DNA from: Vicugna vicugna
Taxonomy: Eukaryota
Direction: 5' to 3'
DNA length: 64,000 nucleotides
NCBI GenBank assembly: GCA_013265495.1
Contig: MU058844.1
Location: 11,368,184 to 11,432,183 of the forward strand
Program-made: the position numbers and the translations under genes
Shown: piece after piece, positions 63,416 to 64,000 of the stretch
How positions within the stretch are numbered: the first letter of the stretch is position 1
How the letters are laid out: each line of letters opens with the position of its first letter
Notes under the pieces: model-generated
What the model saw: the letters and a program-made list of their open reading frames with translations, nothing else
Database searches by the model: none
Told to the model about the DNA's origin: nothing

Positions 63416-63803
63416 TATCCTTATCCTGTATCAGTATAGTACCCTATACTGTGAAATTCTTAAAGGAAAGAACAATGACTTACTTATTTAGTCCAGGACC
63501 AGGATCATAGTAACATTCAAGAAATCTATACTGAATAGACAAGGAAGAATCCTCTCAAAGAGTTACCAATATTTTCTTCAGTCTACCACAGAGTCACACC
63601 AAAAAATAACTTCATATATTTGAGGATAGTAATCATATCACTCCTCCACTCTCCAGGCTAAATGCCAATTCTGTTAAACATTCCCTGTAAATTTACTTCT
63701 CAGCACTTTAATTATTAGGTCACTGTCACTCTTCTCTGGATTCTATTCAGTTTCCCAGCATTTCTTTAAAATGTAATGATCAAATCTGCACAGAAACCGT
63801 ACA

Positions 63804-64000
63804 GTAAAGGAGTTCAGAGCATGCCACCCCAAAATATCCTGCATTGGCAAACTGACTATTTTGAGTTAAAGGCACTTGAAAAATTGCGAATATAAAAACA
63901 ACACTCTAACTTCCCTTCTTTTTCTTAAAAGCAGCAGATAAAATTCCAATGTGAAAAAATGTCCTAACAGAAGGAAAGAAATATTTTTATTAAAGACGAG
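63804..64000 (+). mobile_element. Start of an ERV1-class MER34-like LTR, cut by the window end
   Basis: aaggagttcagagcatgccaccccaaaatat...tgactattttgagttaaaggcacttgaaaaa. Confidence 0.75.

Overview
AT-rich, repeat-dense mammalian genomic DNA, most likely from a camelid: it carries two tRNA-Ala-derived Vic-1-like SINEs and several young L1 3' ends. I recognise no known protein-coding gene, RNA gene or CRISPR/prokaryotic system. Most ORFs in the supplied track are decayed L1 pieces or chance ORFs. The window is dominated by transposable-element fossils: one near-full-length dead L1 (~7.66-13.69 kb), several 5'-truncated L1 ends with target-site duplications (TSDs), a MaLR provirus with a nested ERV1-type LTR, solo LTRs, hAT MITEs (MER33/MER3/MER58/MER5/MER20/MER115-like), and L2 and MIR fragments. 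The most interesting non-repeat signal is in the repeat-poor first 6 kb. Three CpG-retaining + strand segments with canonical splice signals (124-207, 3291-3424, 5836-6078) join into one stop-free frame that I cannot assign to a known protein. Repeat family names come from my recollection of consensus sequences, not a database search, and boundaries of old repeats are approximate.
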